Of a stretch of 64,000 bases of DNA, positions 40,783 to 49,402 are shown in pieces. The notes under the pieces are model-generated. The model was not told the origin of the DNA, did not search any database, and saw only the letters and a list, made by a program, of their open reading frames with translations. Each line of letters opens with the position of its first letter. Position 1 is the first letter of the stretch. The stretch covers positions 1,960-65,959 of the forward strand of contig JAZKBZ010000021.1 in assembly GCA_040388315.1 (NCBI GenBank), written 5' to 3'. This DNA comes from Pseudomonadota bacterium. Its GTDB lineage: Bacteria; Pseudomonadota; Alphaproteobacteria; Caulobacterales; Caulobacteraceae. The position numbers and the translations under genes are program-made.

Positions 40783-41469
40783 TCAGTGCGCCCCGTAGGG
40801 CGCGGCGGCCTTGCGCAGGATGACGTCGTGGGTGCTATCGGCGATGCCGATCATCACGAACTGGACGGCCAGCGCGCAGAGGATCAGGCCCAGGACCCGG
40901 ACCACGATGGTCAGACCGATCTTGCCCAGCATGCGGGTGATCAGCGGGCTCGCCCAGAAGGCCAGCATGGTCGACAGCGCCGTGGCCGCGATGACGCCGA
41001 CCCCCACCGCCGCGCCCACCAGGCCGAAGCGCTTGGCCTCGCTGGCGTAGATGATCACCGTGGAGATGGCGCCGGGCCCGATCAGCAGGGGCATGGCGAA
41101 GGGCACGATCATCCGCTCGAAGCGCTTGCGGGCATGGGCCCGGCCCTCGCCGGGGGTGGTGTCGGCGGCCTCGACGCTCGCAGCCATGTCGCCGCGCACC
41201 ATATCCAGGCCCAGCAGGAACAGGATGATCCCGCCGGCCATGCGGAAGGCCGGCAGGGAGATGCCGAAGAAGGCCAGCAGGGACAGGCCCGAGAAGTAGA
41301 AGAAGGTCAGGAAGAACAGGATGAAGAAGGCGATATAGACCGCGATCAGCCGCGAATCCTTGCTCTTCACCCCCATGGTCGCCGCGGCGAACAGGGGCAC
41401 GGTGCCGATCGGGTCGATCAGCGCGAAAAGGGCGACGAAGAAGTTGACCGCGAAGTCTGCCGGGCTCAT
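40783..41469 (-). CDS. MarC family membrane protein
   Basis: FVALFALIDPIG, GISLPAFRMAGGIIL, PFAMPLLIGPGAI, RVLGLILCALAVQF. Confidence 0.92.
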   Translation of the reverse strand: MSPADFAVNFFVALFALIDPIGTVPLFAAATMGVKSKDSRLIAVYIAFFILFFLTFFYFSGLSLLAFFGISLPAFRMAGGIILFLLGLDMVRGDMAASVEAADTTPGEGRAHARKRFERMIVPFAMPLLIGPGAISTVIIYASEAKRFGLVGAAVGVGVIAATALSTMLAFWASPLITRMLGKIGLTIVVRVLGLILCALAVQFVMIGIADSTHDVILRKAAAPYGAH

Positions 41470-41545
41470 TGCAGCGTCTTAGCCCAATTCGTCTCCCGCG
41501 CCGACCTCCTGGCTGAGGTCCCGCGCGCCTGCCCGGAGCTAAGCC

Positions 41546-42253
41546 ATGTCCGAGACCCTGGTCAAAGCCGACCCCCGCCTCATCATCCCCCTGGACCTGC
41601 CCACGGTGGCCGAGGCCAAGGCCATCGTCGAGGCCCTGGGGGCTGCCGTCAGCTTCTACAAGGTGGGGCTGGAGCTGTTCGCCACCGGCGGCGGCATGGA
41701 CCTGGCCCGCGACCTCAAGGCGGCCGGCAAGCAGGTCTTCCTGGACTGGAAGCTGCACGACATCGGCACCACGGTGCAGCGGGCGACCGCCGTCCTGGCC
41801 GACTCAGGCTGTGACTTCCTCACCGTCCATGGTGAGCCCCAGGTGATGGAGGCCGCCGTGCGCGGCAAGGGGCGCTCGAACCTGAAGATCCTGGCGGTGA
41901 CGGTGCTCACCAGCCTGTCGGACGCCGACCTGCTGGAGATGGGCTTCTCCGAGACCGCGCGGTCCCTGGTGGAGCGCCGCATCCACCAGGCGGTGAAGGC
42001 CGGCTGCGACGGGGTGGTGGCCAGCCCGCACGAGGCGGCCCTGGCGCGCGCCATCGGCGGCAAGGACTTCCTGGTGGTGACCCCGGGGGTCCGCCCCGAC
42101 TGGTCGGCCAGGAACGACCAGGCCCGCGCCGCCACCCCGGCCGACGCCCTGAAGGCCGGCGCCTCGCATCTGGTGGTGGGCCGCCCCATCACCGCGGCCA
42201 ACGACCCGCGCGAGGCCGCGATCCGCGTGGCGGGCGAGATGGCGGGGATCTGA
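41546..42253 (+). CDS. pyrF: Orotidine-5'-phosphate decarboxylase
   Basis: KVGLEL, FLDWKLHDIGTTV, VTVLTS, VTPGVRP, VVGRPIT. Confidence 0.97.
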   Translation: MSETLVKADPRLIIPLDLPTVAEAKAIVEALGAAVSFYKVGLELFATGGGMDLARDLKAAGKQVFLDWKLHDIGTTVQRATAVLADSGCDFLTVHGEPQVMEAAVRGKGRSNLKILAVTVLTSLSDADLLEMGFSETARSLVERRIHQAVKAGCDGVVASPHEAALARAIGGKDFLVVTPGVRPDWSARNDQARAATPADALKAGASHLVVGRPITAANDPREAAIRVAGEMAGI

Positions 42254-42257
42254 CGCC

Positions 42258-42803
42258 CTACTTGTGGCCGTAGCCGCCGCAGGTATTGCACCCGCCGCCC
42301 CCCTTGCGCCCGCCGCCGCGGCCGATATTGACGCTGACATGGCTGCTGGAGCTGGCGAAGGCCGAGGCCCGCGCGCTGGCGCTGGCGCCCGCCCCGGCTC
42401 CGGCCCCGGCGAATCCGCCGCCGCCGCTCATGGCGTAGCCGCCGCCCCCGCCGTAGCCGCCCTCGGGATAGGGGCCGACGCCGCCGTCATAGTAGAAATC
42501 GCCCAGGGTCAGCTCGCCGCACTGGCGGCAGTCGCCGCAGCGCTGCCCGCGGCAGGGGGGCGGGCCGCGATCGTCATAACGATCGTCGCGGTCATACCCG
42601 CGGTCCCCGTAGCCATACCCCCGGTCGTCATGGCGAGAGGCGCAGCCTCCGCAGCTGGGATATCCGTAGTGCTGGGCCACGTCGCCATAGGTGGGCAGGT
42701 TGAACCCGCCGCCCCCGCCGCAGCGATCGGGGCAACCGGCCAGGGCCGCGCTCGCGCCGAAGGCCAGGGCCAGGCCCATCGCCATCCGAATTAACCAGGA
42801 CAT
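42258..42803 (-). CDS. Secreted Gly/Cys/Tyr-rich hypothetical protein
   Basis: Signal peptide (ALA|G), CxxC-type pairs, DDRGY-type repeats, Gly/Ala/Ser tract. Confidence 0.7.
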   Translation of the reverse strand: MSWLIRMAMGLALAFGASAALAGCPDRCGGGGGFNLPTYGDVAQHYGYPSCGGCASRHDDRGYGYGDRGYDRDDRYDDRGPPPCRGQRCGDCRQCGELTLGDFYYDGGVGPYPEGGYGGGGGYAMSGGGGFAGAGAGAGASASARASAFASSSSHVSVNIGRGGGRKGGGGCNTCGGYGHK

Positions 42804-42924
42804 GCCGCGTCTCCACCACGTCTCGCGGAGACAAACCTAGGCCCGGCAAGCGGTTGCGGCGACCGCTCACGCCTCAGGCGCGAAAGCTGGCGCGGAAAGG
42901 GTTAATGATGACGGAAGGGCGCGT

Positions 42925-43122
42925 TCAGAAGTCGACGGCGATGCCCTTGCGCTCCCAGTCGCCGAAGCGGGTGGGTTCGGGGCCGGCGGGGCCGCCGTTC
43001 TCGGCCGCCGCCTGGGCGGCCTGCGCCTCGGCGTGGCGGGCGGCGGCTTCCTCCAGGGCCCGGCGGGCGGCGGGGGTCAGGGGTTTGCCGGGGGCGGCGT
43101 TCGGGGGCGCGGGGTCTTCCAT
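42925..43122 (-). CDS. DUF1674 / SdhAF4-like protein
   Basis: C-terminal GGPAGPEPTRFGDWERKGIAVDF signature. Confidence 0.9.
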   Translation of the reverse strand: MEDPAPPNAAPGKPLTPAARRALEEAAARHAEAQAAQAAAENGGPAGPEPTRFGDWERKGIAVDF

Positions 43123-43268
43123 GGGGGCAATCTAGAGCCTCCGGGGCTCCCGCGCCAGTTGTCGGGGCAAAGCGTTGCCATGGCGTTCAACCCATTTTAG
43201 GTAGAGCGATCAGCGTTCGCTCCGCGTCAGGCGAGGGCGGATGCGCAACATTCGGGGGAGTGTTTCAA

Positions 43269-43655
43269 ATGTCCAAGATTTCTGTCGCCTTCTTCGGCGC
43301 CGCGGTCCTCTACGCCCTGCTGGGCATGAGCCTCGGCATGTACATGGGCGCCACCGAGGATTTCACCCTCGCGCCCGTCCACGCCCACATCAACCTGCTG
43401 GGCTGGGCGACCCTGGCCCTGATGGGGACCTTCTACGGCCTGGCCGGCGCCCAGGCGCCGGCGCGCCTGGCCTGGACCAATTTCGCGGTCTCCAACCTCG
43501 GCAACCTCATCAGCCTGCCCCTGCTGGCCATCCTGCTGAAGGGGAACAAGGCCTATGTGCCGATCATGGTGGGCGGCGAGGTGCTGCTGGTCCTGGGCAT
43601 GGCGATCTTCGCCGTGGCGGTGCTCAGCGTGGCCCGCAAGCCGGCCATCGCCTAG
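43269..43655 (+). CDS. Small 4-TM membrane protein with HAHINLLGW motif
   Basis: GGGAG SD; LGMSLGMYMG, APVHAHINLLGWATLALMG. Start is 43260 or 43269. Confidence 0.75.
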   Translation: MSKISVAFFGAAVLYALLGMSLGMYMGATEDFTLAPVHAHINLLGWATLALMGTFYGLAGAQAPARLAWTNFAVSNLGNLISLPLLAILLKGNKAYVPIMVGGEVLLVLGMAIFAVAVLSVARKPAIA

Positions 43656-43711
43656 GGCGCCGCGCGACGTCAGGGCTTGCCTAAGGCCCGCTTTGGGGGC
43701 ACGCCGCCCGC

Positions 43712-45001
43712 GTGACCGACCTTGCATCCCCTGACGCCGCCGGCCTGCCGGCCCGCCGCGCCGCGCTCGACCTGCTGAGCGCGGCCCTCGCCCGCCGCAC
43801 CGGCTTCGACGAAGCTGCCGCCACCCCGGCCTTCCGCAACCTGGCGCCCCGCGACCGGGGCTTCGCCCGCGCCCTGGTGCTGGCTACCCTGCGCCACCTG
43901 GGCCCCATCGACCGGGCCCTGGATGCGCGGCTGTCGCGGGACCCGCCCGACGTGGTGCGCAACATCCTGCGCCTGGGCGCGGCCCAGGCCTTCGTCCTGG
44001 GAACCCCGGCCTTCGCGGCCGTCGGAACCAGCGTCGACCTGGTGGCCGCGCTGAAGGAGGGCCGCGCCTTCAAGGGGGTGGTCAACGCCATCCTGCGGGC
44101 GCTCACCCGCGAGCCGCCGGACATGACCGATCCGGAATCCCTGGCCCCGCCCTGGCTGTTCAGCCGCTGGTCGGCCGCCTTCGGCCCCGAGGCCGCCCGC
44201 GCCATGGCCACCCTGATCGCCGCCGAGCCGGCCACCGACCTGTCCCTCAAGGGGCCGGCCACCCCGGAGCTGCTCGCCGCCCTCGAGGCCGAGGAACTGC
44301 CGGGGGGAACGCTGCGCTCGGCCCTGCGGGGCGAGATCTCCACCTGGCCGGGCTTCGCCGAGGGGACCTGGTGGGTGCAGGACGCCAGCGCCGCCATCCC
44401 CGCCCGCCTGCTCGCGGTGAAACCCGGCGAGACCGCGCTCGACCTCTGCGCCGCCCCGGGGGGCAAGACCCTGCAACTGGCCGCCGCCGGCGCCGAGGTC
44501 ACCGCCGTCGACCGCTCCGCCGCCCGCCTGGTGCGGGTGGCCGAGAACCTCGCCCGCCTGGGCCTGACCGCCGAGACGGTGGCCGCCGACGCCGGGGCCT
44601 GGAGCGACGCGCGGGTCTTCGACGCCGTCCTGCTGGACGCCCCCTGCAGCGCCACGGGCACCTATCGTCGCAATCCCGACGTGCTCTGGGCCGCCAAGCC
44701 CGGCGATGTCGCGGCGCTCGCGGGCGTCCAGGCCAAGCTGCTGGACTCCGCGGCCCGCCGTGTGAAGCCCGGCGGCCGCCTGGTCTATTGCGTCTGCTCC
44801 CTGGAGCCGGAGGAGGGCGAGGCCCAGACGGCCGGCTTCCTGGCCCGCAATCCCGACTTCGCCCTGGCCCCCATCTCGCCCGGCGAGGGCGGGGCGCCGG
44901 AGGCCAGCGTCAGGGCCGACGGCACGCTCAGAATCCTGCCCCACCACCGCATCGGGGGCACGGACGGCTTCTTCGTCGCCCGCTACGTCCGCGGCGCCTA
45001 A
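43712..45001 (+). CDS. rsmB: RsmB/Sun-family RNA m5C methyltransferase with NusB-like N-terminus
   Basis: WWVQD, DLCAAPGGKT, LLDAPCSATG, YCVCSL, DGFF. Confidence 0.9.
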   Translation: MTDLASPDAAGLPARRAALDLLSAALARRTGFDEAAATPAFRNLAPRDRGFARALVLATLRHLGPIDRALDARLSRDPPDVVRNILRLGAAQAFVLGTPAFAAVGTSVDLVAALKEGRAFKGVVNAILRALTREPPDMTDPESLAPPWLFSRWSAAFGPEAARAMATLIAAEPATDLSLKGPATPELLAALEAEELPGGTLRSALRGEISTWPGFAEGTWWVQDASAAIPARLLAVKPGETALDLCAAPGGKTLQLAAAGAEVTAVDRSAARLVRVAENLARLGLTAETVAADAGAWSDARVFDAVLLDAPCSATGTYRRNPDVLWAAKPGDVAALAGVQAKLLDSAARRVKPGGRLVYCVCSLEPEEGEAQTAGFLARNPDFALAPISPGEGGAPEASVRADGTLRILPHHRIGGTDGFFVARYVRGA

Positions 45002-45043
45002 CTCCGCCTTGTCCCGGGCGCCGGGCCCCGTTAAGTCGGGACC

Positions 45044-45703
45044 ATGACCGCGCGCACCCCGATCATCGCCCCCTCCATCCTGGCGTCGGATTTCGCCAGG
45101 CTGGGGGAAGAATGCCGCGCCGTGGCCGCGGCCGGCGCCGACTGGCTGCACATCGACGTGATGGACGGCCATTTCGTGCCCAACATCACCCTCGGCCCCG
45201 ACGTGGTGAAGGCGCTGAAGCCCCACGTCTCGATCCCCTTCGACGTCCACCTGATGATCGCTCCGGTCGATCCCTATCTGGAGGCCTTCGCCGCCGCCGG
45301 AGCCGACCTGATCAGCGTGCACCCGGAGTCCGGCCCCCACCTGAACCGCACGCTCAAGCGCATCCGCGAACTGGGCTGCAAGGCCGGGGTGGTGTTCAAC
45401 CCCTCGACCTCGCCCTCGGTGATCGAGTGGATGATGGACGAGGTCGATCTGATCCTGGTGATGTCCATCAATCCCGGCTTCGGCGGTCAGAAGTTCATGC
45501 ACTCCCAGCTCGCCAAGATCGCCAAGCTGCGGGAGATGATCGGTGACCGCGACATCCACCTGGAGGTGGACGGCGGGGTGACGGTGGAGACCGCCCCCCT
45601 CTGCGTGGCCGCCGGCGCCACGGCCCTGGTGGCCGGGACCGCGGTGTTCAAGGGCGGCCCCGCCGCCTACGCCGCCAATATCGCCGCCCTGAAGGGCGGG
45701 TAG
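45044..45703 (+). CDS. rpe: Ribulose-phosphate 3-epimerase
   Basis: IAPSILASDF, HIDVMDGHFVPN, DVHLM, MSINPGFGGQ, VDGG. Confidence 0.98.
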   Translation: MTARTPIIAPSILASDFARLGEECRAVAAAGADWLHIDVMDGHFVPNITLGPDVVKALKPHVSIPFDVHLMIAPVDPYLEAFAAAGADLISVHPESGPHLNRTLKRIRELGCKAGVVFNPSTSPSVIEWMMDEVDLILVMSINPGFGGQKFMHSQLAKIAKLREMIGDRDIHLEVDGGVTVETAPLCVAAGATALVAGTAVFKGGPAAYAANIAALKGG

Positions 45704-45711
45704 GATCCGGC

Positions 45712-47439
45712 ATGGCGGGCGGCCTTCCGGCTCTGACGCGCCTGCCCGGCCGAGTCTTCCTCCAAGCCCTGGCCCAGGGAGCCCGCCGCCAGGCGCAGCG
45801 GGAGTGGGCCGGAACCCCCATGCACCGCTGGCTGCTGGCCAGGCCGCGGCCCGAGGGGCTGGCCGCCGATCCCCACGATCCGCGCCCGGTCGATCCGGAG
45901 GCCGGCCGCCGCATCCTGGACGGCCGCTTCGTGTTCGGCGGCGCGACCCTGGAGACCGGAACCCGCGGCGATCCCTGGGACCGCCCCAGCCCCACCCGCC
46001 GCTTCGCCGCCCTCCTGCACCGCTTCGACTGGATGCCCGACCTGCTGGCGACCGGCGAGGCCGGCGCCGCCGAGGGCCTGCGCCTGACCCTGGACTGGAG
46101 CCGGGTGTTCGGCCGCTGGAACGGCTTCTCCTGGGCCCCGGAGGTGCTGGAGCGGCGGACCTTCAACCTGGCCTGCGCGGTCCACACCCTCTGCGCGCGG
46201 GCCTCCGACGCCGAGGCCGCCCTGATCACCCTCGATCTCGCCCGCCAGGCCCGCCACCTGCTCTCCAGCATCGAGGGGCCGGTGCGCGCCGCCGAGCGCG
46301 CGGCCGCCGCCACCCTGGCCGGGACCGCCCTCTCCGGCGAGGCCGGCGAACAGCTCGTCGACCGCGGCCTGGTGCGGCTGGAACGCGCCCTGCACATCAC
46401 CGTCCAGCCCGACGGCGGCCACGCCTCCCGCAGCCCCCGCGCGGCCCTGGAGCTGCTGCTGGACCTCCAGGCCCTGGACGAGGCCCTGGTCCAGCGCGGC
46501 ATCGCCGCCCCCGACGAGATGATGCGGGCCATGGACCGGCTCACCGGCGCCATCCGCTTCTTCACCCTGGCCGATGGATGCCTGCCCGACCTGCAGGGGG
46601 GCGAGGCGGGGCGCAGGCCCTATGTCGCCGCCGCCCGGGCCAGCGAGGAAGCTTCCGCCCGCCCGCCGGCAGCCCGCAACGGCTATCAGCGCCTGGAGTC
46701 CCGCAGCCTGCAGATCCTGGCCGACTGCGCGCCCCCGGCGCAAGGGCCCTGGAGCGTCACGGCCTGCGCCCAGCCCCTGGCCCTGGAGGTGCTAGCGGCG
46801 GGCCGGCGGATGATCGTAGCCTGCGGCTGGTCGCCGGAGGCCAACGGCCCCCAGGCCCTGCGCCTGGCCGACGCCGCCTCCACGGTCAGCGTCGGCGACG
46901 CGGCCTGCGGCGAGCCCCTGCGCGGCTTCCGGGCCGGGGCGCTGGGCCCCCGCCTGGTGGACGCCTATGAGACCGTCGCCGCCCAGCGCCACGAGACCCG
47001 CGAGGCCCTGTGGCTGGAAATGTCCCACGACGGCTGGGTCCCACGCTTCGGCCTGCGCCACGAGCGGCGGCTGTTCCTGGACCTGATCGCCGACGAACTG
47101 AGGGGCGAGGACCGCCTGATCCCGGCCCACGCCGCCGCGGGCGACCACGACGGCCGCCGTTTCGTTCCCTTCATGGTCCGCTTCCACGTCCACCCGGATG
47201 TCCGCGCCAGCCTGGCCCGCGACGGCAAGAGCGTGCTGCTGCGGGCCGAGGGGGACGAGACCGGCTGGTGGCTGCGCAACGACGCCCAGGAGGTGGCCGT
47301 CGAGACCTCCGTCTACTTCCAGGACGGCCTGCCCAAGCGGACCCACCAGATCGTCCTGCGCGGCAATGCCCGCCTGGACGCCGGCGCGCGGGTGCGCTGG
47401 AAGCTCGCCGCGGCCGAGGCCTGGCCCCCGCCGCATTGA
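45712..47439 (+). CDS. Heparinase II/III family protein
   Basis: LHRFDW, PDGGHASRSP, SHDGW..RFGLRHERR, RFHVHP; lies in the rsmB-rpe-X-purH cluster. Confidence 0.8.
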   Translation: MAGGLPALTRLPGRVFLQALAQGARRQAQREWAGTPMHRWLLARPRPEGLAADPHDPRPVDPEAGRRILDGRFVFGGATLETGTRGDPWDRPSPTRRFAALLHRFDWMPDLLATGEAGAAEGLRLTLDWSRVFGRWNGFSWAPEVLERRTFNLACAVHTLCARASDAEAALITLDLARQARHLLSSIEGPVRAAERAAAATLAGTALSGEAGEQLVDRGLVRLERALHITVQPDGGHASRSPRAALELLLDLQALDEALVQRGIAAPDEMMRAMDRLTGAIRFFTLADGCLPDLQGGEAGRRPYVAAARASEEASARPPAARNGYQRLESRSLQILADCAPPAQGPWSVTACAQPLALEVLAAGRRMIVACGWSPEANGPQALRLADAASTVSVGDAACGEPLRGFRAGALGPRLVDAYETVAAQRHETREALWLEMSHDGWVPRFGLRHERRLFLDLIADELRGEDRLIPAHAAAGDHDGRRFVPFMVRFHVHPDVRASLARDGKSVLLRAEGDETGWWLRNDAQEVAVETSVYFQDGLPKRTHQIVLRGNARLDAGARVRWKLAAAEAWPPPH

Positions 47440-47470
47440 CGGAAAGCCGCTCCCGGCCTAAAGCGACCCC

Positions 47471-47545
47471 GACCTGCGTGACTGGCGAAACTGAGGTGGG
47501 AGACCACCGGGGAGCGCAGGGACCCTACGCCGCTCGCCTGGGCAT
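47471..47545 (+). ncRNA. ZMP/ZTP (pfl) riboswitch upstream of purH
   Basis: P1 CCTGCG/CGCAGG, GTGACTGGCGAAA, P2 GGTGG/CCACC, GGGGAGC, 3' GCCGCTCGCCTGGGC; matches the class consensus and its usual target gene. Confidence 0.9.
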
Positions 47546-47572
47546 TTTCCTTGAAACGATGAAGGATTTGCC

Positions 47573-49165
47573 GTGCCCGCAGCCCCCGACTTCCCCAAGC
47601 CCGCCGACCGCGCCCCCATCAAGCGCGCCCTGATCTCGGTCTCCGACAAGACCGGCCTGGTCGAGGCCGCCAGGGTGCTGGCCGAGCTCGGCGTCGAGCT
47701 GGTTTCCACCGGCGGCACCCGGGCGGCCATCGCCGGCGCCGGCCTGGCGGTAAAGGATATCTCGGACCTGACCCGCTTCCCCGAGATGATGGACGGCCGG
47801 GTCAAGACCCTGCACCCCATCGTCCACGGCGGCCTCCTGGCGGTGCGTGACGCCCCCGACCACGCCAAGGCCATGGCCGACCACGGCATCGGCGGCATCG
47901 ACCTGGTCTATGTGAACCTCTACCCCTTCGAGGCGACGGTGGCCGCGGGCGCCGACTTCGAGACGGCGATCGAGAACATCGACATCGGCGGCCCGGCCAT
48001 GATCCGTTCGGCGGCCAAGAACCACGGCTATGTCTGCGTCTGCACCGAGATCTCCGACCTGGAGGAGGTGCTGGCCGAACTGAAGGCCACCGGGACCACC
48101 AGCCTAGCCCTGCGCAAGTCGCTGGCCGCGCGCGCCTACGCCCGCACCGCCACCTATGACGCGGCCATCTCTACCTGGTTCGCCCAGGCGCTCGGCGAAA
48201 CCGCGCCCAAGCGCCGGGCCATCGGCGGCGAGTTGGTCCAGACCATGCGCTATGGCGAGAATCCTCACCAGTCGGCCAGCTTCTACCGCTTCGCCGACCC
48301 GCGCCCGGGCGTGGCGACGGCCAAACAGCTCCAGGGGAAGGAGCTCAGCTACAACAACATCAACGACACCGACGCGGCCTTCGAGCTGATCGCCGAGTTC
48401 GACCCCGCGGCTGGTCCCGCCTGCGCCATCATCAAGCACGCCAATCCCTGCGGCGTGGCCACCGGAAAGACCATGGTGGAGGCCTATGAGAGGGCGCTCG
48501 CCTGCGACCCCACCAGCGCGTTTGGCGGCATCATCGCCCTGAACCAGAAACTGGACGCCGCCACCGCCACCGAGATCCTCAAGCTGCTCACCGAGGTGGT
48601 GATCGCGCCCGACGCGGACGCCGACGCCGTGGCCTTGTTTTCCAAGAAGAAGAACGTGCGCCTGCTGACCACTGGCGGCCTGCCCGACCCCCTGGCGGCC
48701 GGGACCACCTTCAAGTCGGTGTCCGGCGGCTTCCTGGTGCAGAGCCGCGACGACGCCCGGCTGACGGCCGCCGACCTCAAGGTCGTCACCAAGCGCGCGC
48801 CCACCGAGGCGGAGGTGCGCGACATGCTGTTCGCCTTCACCATCGCCAAGCACGTCAAGTCCAACGCCATCGTCTATGCCCGTGCGGGGCAAACCCTGGG
48901 GGTCGGCGCCGGCCAGATGAACCGCAAGGACTCCGCCCGCATCGCCGCCCTGCGCGCCGCCGACTTCGGCCTGGACCTCAAGGGCTCGGCCTGCGCCTCG
49001 GAGGCCTTCTTCCCGTTCCCCGACGGCCTGATCCAGGCCGCCGACGCCGGCTGCACCGCGGTGATCCAGCCGGGTGGCTCCATCGGCGACCAGAAGGTCA
49101 TAGACGCCGCCGACGAGCGGGGCCTGGCGATGGTCTTCACCGGGGTGCGGGTCTTCCGGCACTAG
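47573..49165 (+). CDS. purH: Bifunctional AICAR transformylase/IMP cyclohydrolase PurH
   Basis: [57 protein letters not shown]. Confidence 0.98.
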   Translation: MPAAPDFPKPADRAPIKRALISVSDKTGLVEAARVLAELGVELVSTGGTRAAIAGAGLAVKDISDLTRFPEMMDGRVKTLHPIVHGGLLAVRDAPDHAKAMADHGIGGIDLVYVNLYPFEATVAAGADFETAIENIDIGGPAMIRSAAKNHGYVCVCTEISDLEEVLAELKATGTTSLALRKSLAARAYARTATYDAAISTWFAQALGETAPKRRAIGGELVQTMRYGENPHQSASFYRFADPRPGVATAKQLQGKELSYNNINDTDAAFELIAEFDPAAGPACAIIKHANPCGVATGKTMVEAYERALACDPTSAFGGIIALNQKLDAATATEILKLLTEVVIAPDADADAVALFSKKKNVRLLTTGGLPDPLAAGTTFKSVSGGFLVQSRDDARLTAADLKVVTKRAPTEAEVRDMLFAFTIAKHVKSNAIVYARAGQTLGVGAGQMNRKDSARIAALRAADFGLDLKGSACASEAFFPFPDGLIQAADAGCTAVIQPGGSIGDQKVIDAADERGLAMVFTGVRVFRH

Positions 49166-49171
49166 CTCCGG

Positions 49172-49402
49172 TCAGGCCGCCCGCGTATCCCACCAGCGCC
49201 ACAGGGCCGCGAGGCCCCAGAAGATCTCGATCAGTCCGAAGGGCCAGGCGCCCTGCAGGAAGGCGTAGGACGAGGCCGCGAAGTTGGCGAAGGCGAAGCC
49301 CAGGGTCCACCAGGGGCTTCGCCTTTCCATGATGTAGCAGAACAGGCTGGCGCAGACGGCGGCGAGGCCGAACAGCGACAGGGCGTCGAAGTGAAATCCC
49401 AT
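49172..49402 (-). CDS. Small membrane protein, unknown function
   Basis: 76 aa, about 3 TM, AFLQGAWPFGLIEIFW; start overlaps the M16 peptidase stop (TGATG). Confidence 0.75.
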   Translation of the reverse strand: MGFHFDALSLFGLAAVCASLFCYIMERRSPWWTLGFAFANFAASSYAFLQGAWPFGLIEIFWGLAALWRWWDTRAA

